A stretch of 64,000 nt of DNA from a virus. The stretch spans positions 288,001 through 352,000 of the IMG/VR virus record IMGVR_UViG_3300028840_006907; one strand, written 5' to 3'. Every line of letters begins with the position of its first letter. Within the stretch, counting starts at the first letter, position 1. The translations under genes and the position numbers were made by a program. A model generated the notes under the pieces. That model was given only the letters and a program-made list of their open reading frames with translations. It searched no databases and was not told where the DNA came from. Positions 39,085 to 48,543 of the stretch are shown here, in pieces.

Positions 39085-39759
39085 CTATTCCCGGTAAAAA
39101 GGTGGAAAGGAAACCCAATCTTTCATTCCTTTTAGAACGAGTCCATCTACATCTACCTGCATTCCTCCTACTATTTGGATCATGGGTTTGAACTTTTCAC
39201 AAATTCTTTTTATAAATCGGAAATCATGTTCAGGTTCATGTCTCCAAGGTTCTTCGATGGCCCATTCTCTTTTTACTATATAACAAGGAGTACCTACGTG
39301 GCATATGATAGGAAACATATGAATATCAATTTCAGGAACAAGAACAATTGTCTCGGGATCTCCATCTTTATACATCCGGGATTGCTGACATGACATCTGT
39401 ACTATACCAATCATGTTGTCACGGCAATTTGAGATGAGTGTTTCGAGATAAGTATCTTTGTAACGATCATCATCATCACAAAATACTAGGTATTGTCCCC
39501 GAGAAATTTTTATACCGTGATTTCGTGGTTTCGTTCCTGGAGAGATATCCATATTACCGTAATCTTTTTCGATATTACAGAATTGTGTCCAGGGTCCAGC
39601 AGTTTTCATTAAGTTAATGACATCTACAGGAGGTGGTCCATCATATACTATTATATGTTCAAAATTTTTAAAAGTTTGGTTTTTGAAATCGTTAAGTAAA
39701 TTTGATAGTTCTCTTACACCGCGAGAAGCAGGGGTAATAACACTGATAGTTGGTCCCAT
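39085..39759 (-). CDS. glycosyltransferase family 2-like
   Basis: ISVITPASRGV...NQTFKNFEHIIVYDG and VFCDDDD (DxD). Confidence 0.6.
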   Translation of the reverse strand: MGPTISVITPASRGVRELSNLLNDFKNQTFKNFEHIIVYDGPPPVDVINLMKTAGPWTQFCNIEKDYGNMDISPGTKPRNHGIKISRGQYLVFCDDDDRYKDTYLETLISNCRDNMIGIVQMSCQQSRMYKDGDPETIVLVPEIDIHMFPIICHVGTPCYIVKREWAIEEPWRHEPEHDFRFIKRICEKFKPMIQIVGGMQVDVDGLVLKGMKDWVSFPPFYRE

Positions 39760-40011
39760 TTTGTCTCCAAGCCAATTTTAAAAAAGATAAATAAAAATTA
39801 GGTCTCATCATAGTAAAAAATATTAAAAGAATATTAAAATACCCTTTACATGCCATATAAATACTTTTTTCTTTTAGAAGTCCTTATAGTCCAGTAGGTT
39901 ATATATCAATTTAATTATCTTTTAATACAAAATTCCTTTGTATAGATCTAAATTTTCTTTAAAATAGAGATATTAAATTCAAATCTAAATCAAATAGTGA
40001 AAGGATTCCTA

Positions 40012-41475
40012 ATGGTAACAGAGTTTACAAAAGGCAAAAATCAAAAATTTGTAGCAACTATATCCTTCAGTCTTAATTGGGATGATAGAGATATTAAATC
40101 TATTAAGATAAAAGAGGGTCAGGAACTTTTCTATGATGGTGAAGTAGCTACTGTAGAAAATGGTGCTGGACAAGTAAAAGGTCGGTGTATGGGGTTAAAA
40201 TCAGCCATTAATGTTATGAATTGGTTGGTTCCTGTGGAAAATGGGGGGTCTTCAAAAACTCCTGAAGTACCAAAAATAGTTAGTGATAGTTTATTTGAGA
40301 ATGATGATTATAAACCAGGAATAGGTGGAAATCTTGACACTTATATCGAACGAACTAATGAAATTGGTGGGAAACGAGAAATTATCAAGGAAGAAGATTT
40401 GATTGTTAAAACTGTCTCACCTATTAATAAGAGAGAAGAGCAACCTAAGAAAGGAAAATTGGAAATAGCAGGAGATCAAGTTGAAGTCCCTAAAGACCGC
40501 CTTTTAGTAAGTAGTACCACTATAAGAACAAAGTCGAGTAAAAGAGATGTCACAATAACCAGAGCTGATGAAATGGGAGCTGATTCGGTACAACCTCTTA
40601 AAAAGGTTAAAGGAACAACTGCTAAAAAAGAAAAGAAAAAAAGTTTTACAGTTGATGATACTACTCCAAGACAAATTCATGAAGATATGAAATTGGATGA
40701 GATCCATCGTATCACTAAAGTTGTAAATGCTGATGAGTCTCAAGATGCTAAAGTTGTAAAGAAAATCGATAGATCTAAAGTAGAAGTCAAAGAAATTGAG
40801 GGAGTTACATTAAAGAGAACCGATTCTCCAAAAGATGTTAAGTTTAATAAAACAACTTCTCCTACTGAAGTTTCTATAAAAACTACTGTTGGTTCTGGAA
40901 GTAATTATTCCGCAGGAGATCAAGGTGGTGTGGTTGTAGGTAGATCTAAAGTTGCTAAAACTGGAGTTGAGAAAAAAGGTCAAGATTTAATTGATGATAT
41001 TTTTGAGGAAGCTCCAGTAATTACTGAAGAGGAAAAACAAAAACAAGCTAAAAAATTAGCTGAGAGAACAAAAAAAGCCCAAGAACGAGCGGCCAGCAGG
41101 AAAAAAAGTTCTAAAGAAACACAGAAAATGATGGAAAAGGAGAAAGAAGTTCAGAATGTAGAAGTTGAAATCCCTGCTGATAAGGCACCTGATCTTATTG
41201 AAGAAGTAAAAGCAGATGATTTAACAAAAATTACATCAGTGGAAATAGATGGTGATTTAACTGAAATAACTTCTGTAAAAGAAGATACTGTTGATTATCT
41301 ATTAATGTTGCCCGATAATTGGAACAAACTACATTGGGTAAAGAAGGAAAAATTTATAAAAGAAGTAACAGATGCTTCCTTTATAAGGTTTATTCTTTCT
41401 ATGGAAATAACCAAAGCAGTCAGAAATGCTTGTTTAGAAAGGTTAGAAGAACTTGGACAGAAAGAGTCAGGCTAA
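40012..41475 (+). CDS. Lys/Glu-rich low-complexity protein
   Basis: RBS GAAAGGA 6 nt before ATG 40012 (ORF track starts at GTG 39997); long charged low-complexity stretches. Confidence 0.55.
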   Translation: MVTEFTKGKNQKFVATISFSLNWDDRDIKSIKIKEGQELFYDGEVATVENGAGQVKGRCMGLKSAINVMNWLVPVENGGSSKTPEVPKIVSDSLFENDDYKPGIGGNLDTYIERTNEIGGKREIIKEEDLIVKTVSPINKREEQPKKGKLEIAGDQVEVPKDRLLVSSTTIRTKSSKRDVTITRADEMGADSVQPLKKVKGTTAKKEKKKSFTVDDTTPRQIHEDMKLDEIHRITKVVNADESQDAKVVKKIDRSKVEVKEIEGVTLKRTDSPKDVKFNKTTSPTEVSIKTTVGSGSNYSAGDQGGVVVGRSKVAKTGVEKKGQDLIDDIFEEAPVITEEEKQKQAKKLAERTKKAQERAASRKKSSKETQKMMEKEKEVQNVEVEIPADKAPDLIEEVKADDLTKITSVEIDGDLTEITSVKEDTVDYLLMLPDNWNKLHWVKKEKFIKEVTDASFIRFILSMEITKAVRNACLERLEELGQKESG

Positions 41476-41506
41476 ACGAATACTTGCGAATGTTGTCGAT
41501 TTTGAT

Positions 41507-43231
41507 ATGCATAACCTTTTTCCTCCACGAACCTTTATGGAGAATCTGGAAGATGCATCATCAGGAGAGTTTACATCTCAGCCTCAAAAAACTCTTAGGG
41601 AACGCCCTTATGGTACTCAACCATTAATGGTAACCCCTAAGTATGAGGGTGATTTCCTGAAAAAGTTACGGAAACCCGAACTAGAAGGCAAACCTGTAAT
41701 GCCTTTGGAAAATGTCGTGAATGTTTATGCTGCAAATCCAAATAATTTATGGGATTTCAGTATGCCTTCTGAATGGTTAAAACATCAGGAACGGCCTTTT
41801 CCCCGTAACCTCGTGGATCTCTATTATGAAACAAATAGGCCAGGTGAGGGTGTTGGAGAAAAAACTCTTGATGAATACCATGATCGGGGTTGGGATGCAG
41901 ATGATGCTCCTGAAATGTCAGAAGACAAACCTATTCGTAGAGGACCTTTTCCTGGGAAACCTTTAAAAGTTCCTTTTCATTCGGCATCAAAAAGAGTGGT
42001 GGCGTCATATTTATCTGAGTTTACGGAAAAAGATGAATGTTGTGGACCGAATGTAGGGATAGTTGTAGCATCATATTTAATGAATTGTGTTCCTTCTGAA
42101 TTTATTGTTAATTTTGAAAATATTAAAACCGCTATGTTATTAGAGGGGTTAGAAGAAAGTCGGATTGATAGTAAAACAAAAGGACTTCATAAATTAGAGA
42201 CTGGGGATGTGGTTGTAAGACCTTATAGAAATAGCCCTAAACAGGGTAAATGGATTTTTAAAACATTCTCAGGTCCAAGACCACCTGCAGCAATAGAGTG
42301 GCCTTATACTACAACTTTTGAGTTTATACCACATGGAAGAGAAAAACGAGTAAATAAACTTCATGTAAGAACGAGTTGCACTTGTCCTTCCTGGCTTTTT
42401 TGGGGTGCTCAATATAATGCTACTATGCAGGATTATAGGTATGGTCCTATAAGACCTAAGTTTGCTCCTCCTGACAAAAGAGATAAAAGGCGTAAGTTTT
42501 TAGCCTGTAAACATATCATAGCTTGTATTCCATATTTAGTTGGAACAGGACAACGTGGTAAATTTACCGATGAAGGTTTTTCTCTTCATATGATTGATGT
42601 TCCTGTAGAAAAGAGAAAACGGATCATAAAAGCTCCTAAATTTCAAATAATGAAAAAGGCTCCGATAGAAGAGTTAAGAATACCCCAGGAATTAATGAAA
42701 GCAGGTAAGAAGCCTGAAGTAAGATCTATTGTTTCTGAGTGGAAAACTGCTACTCCGCGTTTAAGAAAATCCATGTTGAAAAAGTTGGATGATGTTCAGG
42801 ATGTCTCTTACATAGCTCATAGGTTTCCTGAATCAGCTACTCATTTAGTTGCTGAGAGATTGAAGGAAATTGGTGATAAGACAAAACAGATGGATGTCAA
42901 GAAAGATGCGGTGGAGGAAATAAAAGTAATAGAGAAGATTGAGGATAAAGTTGAAAAAGCTCTTCCAGAAGTTCCGGCTGAATTGAGTCATTTTGAAGAT
43001 GATGAGAAGATCCAAAATTTATTAAAGGACATTAAAGAAACTCCTGGTTGGGAAAGAAAAAGTACACTTTTGAAGGAACAGGATGATGCTGATGCTCTTG
43101 CATATATGGCAATAGCTTTATATCGAGAGGATTTTGATGAAAGTGTTAATATTATCCTTGAAAAATTAAGTGATATGGTTAAGGAAAAGGGTGATCCAAA
43201 AGCCAAGAAATGGTCGGAGTATATTTATTAA
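41507..43231 (+). CDS. hypothetical protein with Cys/His cluster (possible zinc finger)
   Basis: First ATG 41507 (track start 41453 is TTG, overlapping upstream gene); CTCPSW ... CKHIIAC arrangement is SWIM-like but with a longer spacer. Confidence 0.5.
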   Translation: MHNLFPPRTFMENLEDASSGEFTSQPQKTLRERPYGTQPLMVTPKYEGDFLKKLRKPELEGKPVMPLENVVNVYAANPNNLWDFSMPSEWLKHQERPFPRNLVDLYYETNRPGEGVGEKTLDEYHDRGWDADDAPEMSEDKPIRRGPFPGKPLKVPFHSASKRVVASYLSEFTEKDECCGPNVGIVVASYLMNCVPSEFIVNFENIKTAMLLEGLEESRIDSKTKGLHKLETGDVVVRPYRNSPKQGKWIFKTFSGPRPPAAIEWPYTTTFEFIPHGREKRVNKLHVRTSCTCPSWLFWGAQYNATMQDYRYGPIRPKFAPPDKRDKRRKFLACKHIIACIPYLVGTGQRGKFTDEGFSLHMIDVPVEKRKRIIKAPKFQIMKKAPIEELRIPQELMKAGKKPEVRSIVSEWKTATPRLRKSMLKKLDDVQDVSYIAHRFPESATHLVAERLKEIGDKTKQMDVKKDAVEEIKVIEKIEDKVEKALPEVPAELSHFEDDEKIQNLLKDIKETPGWERKSTLLKEQDDADALAYMAIALYREDFDESVNIILEKLSDMVKEKGDPKAKKWSEYIY

Positions 43232-43578
43232 TGAAAATCGTTCCAGACATAATTTATTCAAAATGTAAAACTAGCTTGTATTGTAAAGGAGGAGAGACTC
43301 TAAATGATTCTTTGAATTACGGTTTCGCCTATATAGAACAACAGGATCATATCGTTGAATACATTGTGGCAAACAATCGTGTGATGAAAAGGATTTTGGG
43401 AGAAATCGGTGATTCAAAATTGAAACCTGAAAAACAATTTATTGGAGAACTCTGGACAGCAAAATTATTATTGTCGAATAAATTGCATGATTCACAAATA
43501 CTTTTTTCTAACAGTGTTTTTTCAATAGTTATAAATCTAAATCTAAATCCAAAGGAAGTTGACAATGCCTACATATGA
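43231..43578 (+). CDS. hypothetical protein
   Basis: ATG overlapping upstream stop (TAATG). Confidence 0.45.
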   Translation: MKIVPDIIYSKCKTSLYCKGGETLNDSLNYGFAYIEQQDHIVEYIVANNRVMKRILGEIGDSKLKPEKQFIGELWTAKLLLSNKLHDSQILFSNSVFSIVINLNLNPKEVDNAYI

Positions 43579-43954
43579 CTATTCCTGTTCTTCTTGTAAG
43601 GTAGTAGAAGAGCATATACACCCAATAAATGATGAACCAAAATATAAATGCCCTAAATGCGGTAAAGTAATGAAAAAAATAATTTCAGGTAGTTTCGGAG
43701 GATTTATAATGAAGGGTGGAACACCTGCTATTCATTATAGAGAGAAACAGCAACGCTTAAAAAATAGTGAAAAAATGGAGAAAAAACAGAGGCAAACATG
43801 GGGAGACTCTGGGCCTAAGATAGCCCCCAATATAGCGGGTGTGAGAACTGATTCTTGGTCAGATGCTCAGAAGATGGCTAAAGAGGCAGGAATGAATCAT
43901 GAGAGTTATACACCATATGTAGAGAAGGAAAAGAAGAAAAAAATCATCATTTAA
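43559..43954 (+). CDS. FmdB-family zinc-ribbon protein
   Basis: MPTYDYSCSSCKVVEEHIH...KCPKCGK typical FmdB N-terminal zinc ribbon; RBS AAGGAAG. Confidence 0.6.
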   Translation: MTMPTYDYSCSSCKVVEEHIHPINDEPKYKCPKCGKVMKKIISGSFGGFIMKGGTPAIHYREKQQRLKNSEKMEKKQRQTWGDSGPKIAPNIAGVRTDSWSDAQKMAKEAGMNHESYTPYVEKEKKKKIII

Positions 43955-44005
43955 GTCTTAATAATCTTTTGATATCGGTTTTATATTAAAATAAGGAATT
44001 TATCT

Positions 44006-44647
44006 ATGAATAGTTTTATTGAACCTCTTTATAAAGCAGTCGATTTGATCAAATTTGGTTGGAGTCGAGAAGCTGGTGCAGTCTCATATAATATGTATGT
44101 AGGACAGACTTCAGGGTCTTTATCACAACTTTACACAGATATACCTGATGTAGCAAGCAAACAACCCGTTGGACTAGGGAAAGTTATCCGTGATGCAACG
44201 ATAGAAGATGTAAGATCGACTTTAAGTCTAGCAAGTACAGTTAATTTTGGTAATAGGACGTTGTATTTTGCCATCACTTATGTAGACTCAGTAGGAGCAG
44301 AAAGTGCCCTAGCTGATTCCAGAATAGTAGAAGTACCCCCAGTTGGCATAACTCCAAAAACTATGAAAGATGATCCAACAATCAGAAGACAGGGATTTGT
44401 CTATAGTGAGGATTTATTAAAATGGGTAAAAATGGCTGGTTCCGCAAGTGGTGCTTTAATTACAAGTGAATCGAGTTTTTATTCAGATAATATTACAACT
44501 GAATATACTTATGACGGAACAAATCTATCGACTGAGAAGTCTTATTTAAGTGATGCCACGACTGCAGGGTCACCGGCAAAATTAAAGACATATACTTATT
44601 CTGGGAGTGATTTAATTAAGGTTGTAGTAACGGACAGCACCGTTTAA
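44006..44647 (+). CDS. hypothetical protein
   Basis: RBS AAGGAA; Ser/Thr-rich. Confidence 0.5.
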   Translation: MNSFIEPLYKAVDLIKFGWSREAGAVSYNMYVGQTSGSLSQLYTDIPDVASKQPVGLGKVIRDATIEDVRSTLSLASTVNFGNRTLYFAITYVDSVGAESALADSRIVEVPPVGITPKTMKDDPTIRRQGFVYSEDLLKWVKMAGSASGALITSESSFYSDNITTEYTYDGTNLSTEKSYLSDATTAGSPAKLKTYTYSGSDLIKVVVTDSTV

Positions 44648-44723
44648 TAATCTATTGATACGGAAAAAATAGTATATCTCAGGATTATAATGACAATTTA
44701 TTAATAGCTAAGGAGGAAATACC

Positions 44724-44990
44724 ATGGCAATTCCTACAGTAATAGTCAACTATGATGGTACTGATTACGGCAGAGTTTATCTAGGTGATGTTGGTCGAAG
44801 ACATCAGCTCGGAGGTGCGAAGGGCCTTTATTCTTTAGGTCAAGATCGTTATCTCAGTAGTGGTCAAGATGCAACATTTATCGCTACAAGTGATGTAATC
44901 ATGAGTGCCACATATGCCGGAGCAGATAGAACCGGTCAGATTAAGAACATGGAAGACAGGGGTGCCTTTACAGTTACTGACACCTTTTAA
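44724..44990 (+). CDS. small protein, probably highly expressed
   Basis: Strong RBS AAGGAGG; followed within 40 nt by a strong intrinsic terminator. Confidence 0.6.
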   Translation: MAIPTVIVNYDGTDYGRVYLGDVGRRHQLGGAKGLYSLGQDRYLSSGQDATFIATSDVIMSATYAGADRTGQIKNMEDRGAFTVTDTF

Positions 44991-45031
44991 ACGGTCATAA
45001 AGATGTAATGTATTAGAAATCAGCCCTTAAG

Positions 45032-45067
45032 AAGGCCACCGTTATTTTTAAGGGTGGCCTTTTTTTA
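45032..45067 (+). terminator. rho-independent terminator
   Basis: Stem AAGGCCACC / GGTGGCCTT followed by T7-8 run. Confidence 0.7.
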
Positions 45068-45113
45068 TAAGATATTAGATAACAGATTTAAATATTAGAT
45101 AAGAGAGTTTTTT

Positions 45114-45410
45114 ATGGACGAAAATGAAATTATTACTGATGACAGTTTTGATGCTTCATCTGGCTATCAAACATGTGATTTATATTTGGCAGCTTTTTTT
45201 CTTTCTGCTGGATGTGAAATGATGAAATCAGTACGGAATAAGAGAACAAAAAGAGTTTATTTTCTTTTTGAAAAGAATCCAACACTGAAAGATTTAAAAT
45301 TAGATTACTTTAGCCGTAAAGCTAAAATTGATGCTTTAACATTTGCTGATAATGTGAAATCTCTTAAAAGTCTATGCCATAATATATCGACTATGAGGGA
45401 TATGAGTTAA
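45114..45410 (+). CDS. hypothetical protein
   Basis: ORF after terminator; weak RBS. Confidence 0.45.
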   Translation: MDENEIITDDSFDASSGYQTCDLYLAAFFLSAGCEMMKSVRNKRTKRVYFLFEKNPTLKDLKLDYFSRKAKIDALTFADNVKSLKSLCHNISTMRDMS

Positions 45411-45428
45411 ATCTAAAAGGGGGCATAA

Positions 45429-45599
45429 ATGGCTACCACTATTGTAAATCAAGAAAGAGAAAAGGTGATTTCTCCTACTCTAGGAGATAAAATGTCTTCA
45501 TCAGAGCCTAGTGTTTATTATGTTACACATAAATGGGTTCTTGATTCTACGAGCAATGTGCCTGTTGGTACTCAAGTCGAAATAAGTTTTCCTTCTTAA
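45429..45599 (+). CDS. small hypothetical protein (not in ORF track)
   Basis: 56-codon ORF MATTIVNQEREK... with strong RBS AAAGGGGG upstream. Confidence 0.35.
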   Translation: MATTIVNQEREKVISPTLGDKMSSSEPSVYYVTHKWVLDSTSNVPVGTQVEISFPS

Positions 45600-45613
45600 A
45601 AGGTTTATAATAT

Positions 45614-46051
45614 ATGTTGCTAAATGATTTTGTTCGAGTTGTCAATGCAGCGAAAAAATTCAAAATAAAAGATAAATTTGAATTTATTTCGTTTGATGAT
45701 ATTACTCATGAAACAGGTGGATTGAAAGATGATCCCGAAAGTATTGAAATTTGGGCTGCTGTAAAAATCTTTTATGAAGGCGAACTCCCCGATAGTTATA
45801 AAGCACTCAATCTTATTATCGGGGATTGGGTAGAAAAGAATAAAAGTGAATTAACAAAAGTCCTTCATTCTGAATTGAAATATCACTTTAAAGAAAAATA
45901 TAAAGACAGTGATTCGGAAGAACTGGATAAACTTGATGATTCAGCTATATGGGCGGATCAACTAGATTATATGCCTGCTACAGTTGAAGGTGAAAAAGCA
46001 TTAATGATTGAAATTGAACTTGTTCTTCACGCTGAACCTATCGAGGAATAA
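45614..46051 (+). CDS. hypothetical acidic protein
   Basis: ORF; acidic C-terminus. Confidence 0.5.
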   Translation: MLLNDFVRVVNAAKKFKIKDKFEFISFDDITHETGGLKDDPESIEIWAAVKIFYEGELPDSYKALNLIIGDWVEKNKSELTKVLHSELKYHFKEKYKDSDSEELDKLDDSAIWADQLDYMPATVEGEKALMIEIELVLHAEPIEE

Positions 46052-46053
46052 TT

Positions 46054-46431
46054 ATGAGGAAATCTAATGAATCTACTGATAGAGCATGTAATGCTGTTGT
46101 TGACTATATAGATGAAGGATCATTATACTCTGCCGGTAGATTGGTTATTTATCGGCAAGATTCTAGTGTCATGTCAATTCATAGCCTTTCTGATCCAGCA
46201 TGTATAGACTCAACTGATGGGACCGCAGTATTTAATACTATCTATGATGCTACAGCTATGCTAGACGGTACAGCAACAACATTCGATGTATTAAATAAAG
46301 ATGCAAGTAATGTCTTTGATGGAAGCGTATCCTTAACAAATGGCTCAGGTGATCTGAAATTACCTGCTACAACCATATATCAGGATTCCACCATTAATAT
46401 CTCATATGCCTTTTACTCTGTCCCACGGTAA
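46054..46431 (+). CDS. hypothetical protein
   Basis: ORF tightly packed after upstream gene; Ser/Thr/Asp-rich. Confidence 0.5.
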   Translation: MRKSNESTDRACNAVVDYIDEGSLYSAGRLVIYRQDSSVMSIHSLSDPACIDSTDGTAVFNTIYDATAMLDGTATTFDVLNKDASNVFDGSVSLTNGSGDLKLPATTIYQDSTINISYAFYSVPR

Positions 46432-46437
46432 GGTCCT

Positions 46438-47013
46438 ATGGATATTTATGACGGAAAACTATCCCTTGTTGATAGTACCCATATTAGTGAATTTATAGGG
46501 AGTATTACTCTTACTAGTTCTCTTCGACTTGTTGATACCACTCATACCGTTTCCCTTACTGGGTATGTCTTAAATGACTCAACTTATCTCCCTGGTGATG
46601 CTACCTTTGCTCAAGGCAGTGAGCTAACTTCTGCTGATATGACGGTTGTCTTTGCTGACTGGACATATGCTCACGGTGTTCCGAATATTGATGGTACCCT
46701 TGTAGATGGGACTTTAGGTTATAGATGGTTTGATCCATATAGAATTCATTACAGTATTTATTATATGGATTATGATACCTCTGATTTTAATCTTATCGGA
46801 TATAGGTATCGAGAACCAGGTCGTCAAAATGTAGGTTTATATTTTGCCCCTATGATAGTAGGGCAACCTGGTCATTACGAAAATAGATGGGTATATCAAA
46901 GAGAAGTATTGGGCTATTCTCAAGAAATAAGACAAAAATTTACTTCTATGTCCAGTGGCCTGGACGCTATGAGAGATTACCCAGTGGATTCCACTAGTGG
47001 TGACAGTACGTAA
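46438..47013 (+). CDS. hypothetical protein
   Basis: ORF; Thr/Tyr/Asp-rich. Confidence 0.5.
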   Translation: MDIYDGKLSLVDSTHISEFIGSITLTSSLRLVDTTHTVSLTGYVLNDSTYLPGDATFAQGSELTSADMTVVFADWTYAHGVPNIDGTLVDGTLGYRWFDPYRIHYSIYYMDYDTSDFNLIGYRYREPGRQNVGLYFAPMIVGQPGHYENRWVYQREVLGYSQEIRQKFTSMSSGLDAMRDYPVDSTSGDST

Positions 47014-47027
47014 ATGGAGGATTTAAA

Positions 47028-47807
47028 ATGAAAATATCGAATTTAACTTTAGAACTTGATAAAATAGCGGATGAAATCCAGGTCCAGGATCCTACTATAG
47101 CCCTTGCTATTGATAAAATATCTGATGCTTTGGAGAATCCTAAAAAGAAAATCGATCCTTCAACTTTAACAGATGAACAAATTAAAAAGATGAAAGTTCA
47201 TCTTAGAGTCAGAACTGCTCGATATGTTATTAGTAGTGAAACTTTGCATATGTTAAAGGAAGCAGGTCTTAAGGAAGATTTTGATAAAATATTCAGTAAA
47301 GGTAAAGCCACATGGTTTAATTTATGGAATAAAATTAAAGATAAAACTCTTATGGCTGAAATAAAAGCTTTAAATTCTGTCCATGCTATCAAAGAATTCC
47401 TTAAAAAAAATCCTGCAATGAAATGGACTGTATTAAGTGCTATTGCCTTAGGTCTCATATCTTTGCCTTTGGCAGCGAATGTCGATATCATATCTCCAAG
47501 TAATTTAATTGATCTTGTCACTAGTATCGATATTGATATAGTGATGGATCCATCTGGATTCCCTTCTCTTGAAATCACTATTGATGATTCATGGATACAG
47601 GAAGTAGCTCAAGAAAGTATGATGGATGCAAAATCTAAAGAGCAGTTAAAATCCAATCTTAAAGATAGTCTTATGGAGATTTTAACTGAAAAGTATGAAA
47701 GAAGTCCTTTGAAAAAAGTTATTAAAAAAGAACAGATAATTCCACATCTCCAACGAATTATTAAAGAGCAATTATGGCCAAAAATTTTAAAATATTTAGT
47801 TATATAA
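47028..47807 (+). CDS. hypothetical protein with central hydrophobic segment
   Basis: RBS GGAGG; TM-like WTVLSAIALGLISLPLAA. Confidence 0.5.
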   Translation: MKISNLTLELDKIADEIQVQDPTIALAIDKISDALENPKKKIDPSTLTDEQIKKMKVHLRVRTARYVISSETLHMLKEAGLKEDFDKIFSKGKATWFNLWNKIKDKTLMAEIKALNSVHAIKEFLKKNPAMKWTVLSAIALGLISLPLAANVDIISPSNLIDLVTSIDIDIVMDPSGFPSLEITIDDSWIQEVAQESMMDAKSKEQLKSNLKDSLMEILTEKYERSPLKKVIKKEQIIPHLQRIIKEQLWPKILKYLVI

Positions 47808-47822
47808 TAAAGGAGATATAAG

Positions 47823-47966
47823 ATGCCTACTAGAAAAGTTTATGGTGGTAAAAATTATGATTGGAATTATGGTAGAACCAGAGATGATTTAAAAGCTGAA
47901 GCAAAATGGAAAGAATCAAAAGACCGGAAAGAACGTCAAGAACAAGACAAAAGAAATAAGAAATAA
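47823..47966 (+). CDS. small basic protein (not in ORF track)
   Basis: 47-codon ORF with RBS AAAGGAG; next gene starts on the following nucleotide. Confidence 0.35.
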   Translation: MPTRKVYGGKNYDWNYGRTRDDLKAEAKWKESKDRKERQEQDKRNKK

Positions 47967-48536
47967 ATGTTTTATAGAAGAGAATTAATTGATCTAAATT
48001 CTAGTGAAGGAAAGACTCTAATGGAATGTATGTTGCCAGGTTGTCAGGGCAATGAGTTTAAAGAGACTGTTGCCAATAGATTAAGAAAAGTCTCACGGAT
48101 ACTTAAGGCTCAATTCTATGACATCGATCCTGAAATGCTCCTGAGACTATATCAGGATTATCTCGAAGAAATGCCTGATAATTGGAATTATATCCTTCCA
48201 CCTGAACTTAATGAAATTATAAAAAGTGGTCAGGCTAGTAATTATTTTCTACTTGATATTCGGAAACCTGAAGATTTTCAGGAAGTTCGTATACCAGGTA
48301 CAGTAAATATCTATTGGCAAGATGTATTGAAAAAAGAAAATTTAAATAAATTGCCTATTGATAAAGAAATAATAATTATTTGTTATCTTGGTCATACAAG
48401 TTCTCAGATCTTGGTTATTTTGTCCACATTAGGTTACCGTTGTAGATCTCTGAAGTTCGGGATGGGTAAAAGTCCCGATGTAAAAGTACTTATAAAGGGT
48501 TGGTTGGATTATAATTTCCCAGTGATAAAACAATAG
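47967..48536 (+). CDS. rhodanese-like domain protein
   Basis: FLLDIRKPEDFQEVRIPGTVNI and IIICYLGHTSS resemble rhodanese fold with active-site Cys loop. Confidence 0.45.
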   Translation: MFYRRELIDLNSSEGKTLMECMLPGCQGNEFKETVANRLRKVSRILKAQFYDIDPEMLLRLYQDYLEEMPDNWNYILPPELNEIIKSGQASNYFLLDIRKPEDFQEVRIPGTVNIYWQDVLKKENLNKLPIDKEIIIICYLGHTSSQILVILSTLGYRCRSLKFGMGKSPDVKVLIKGWLDYNFPVIKQ

Positions 48537-48543
48537 ATTTATT

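Noticed and set aside
41453-41507. Programmed ribosomal frameshift joining 40012-41475 and the downstream ORF
   Set aside because: No obvious slippery heptamer was identified by eye and an in-frame ATG (41507) exists for independent initiation. Kept as a low-interest finding, not a feature.
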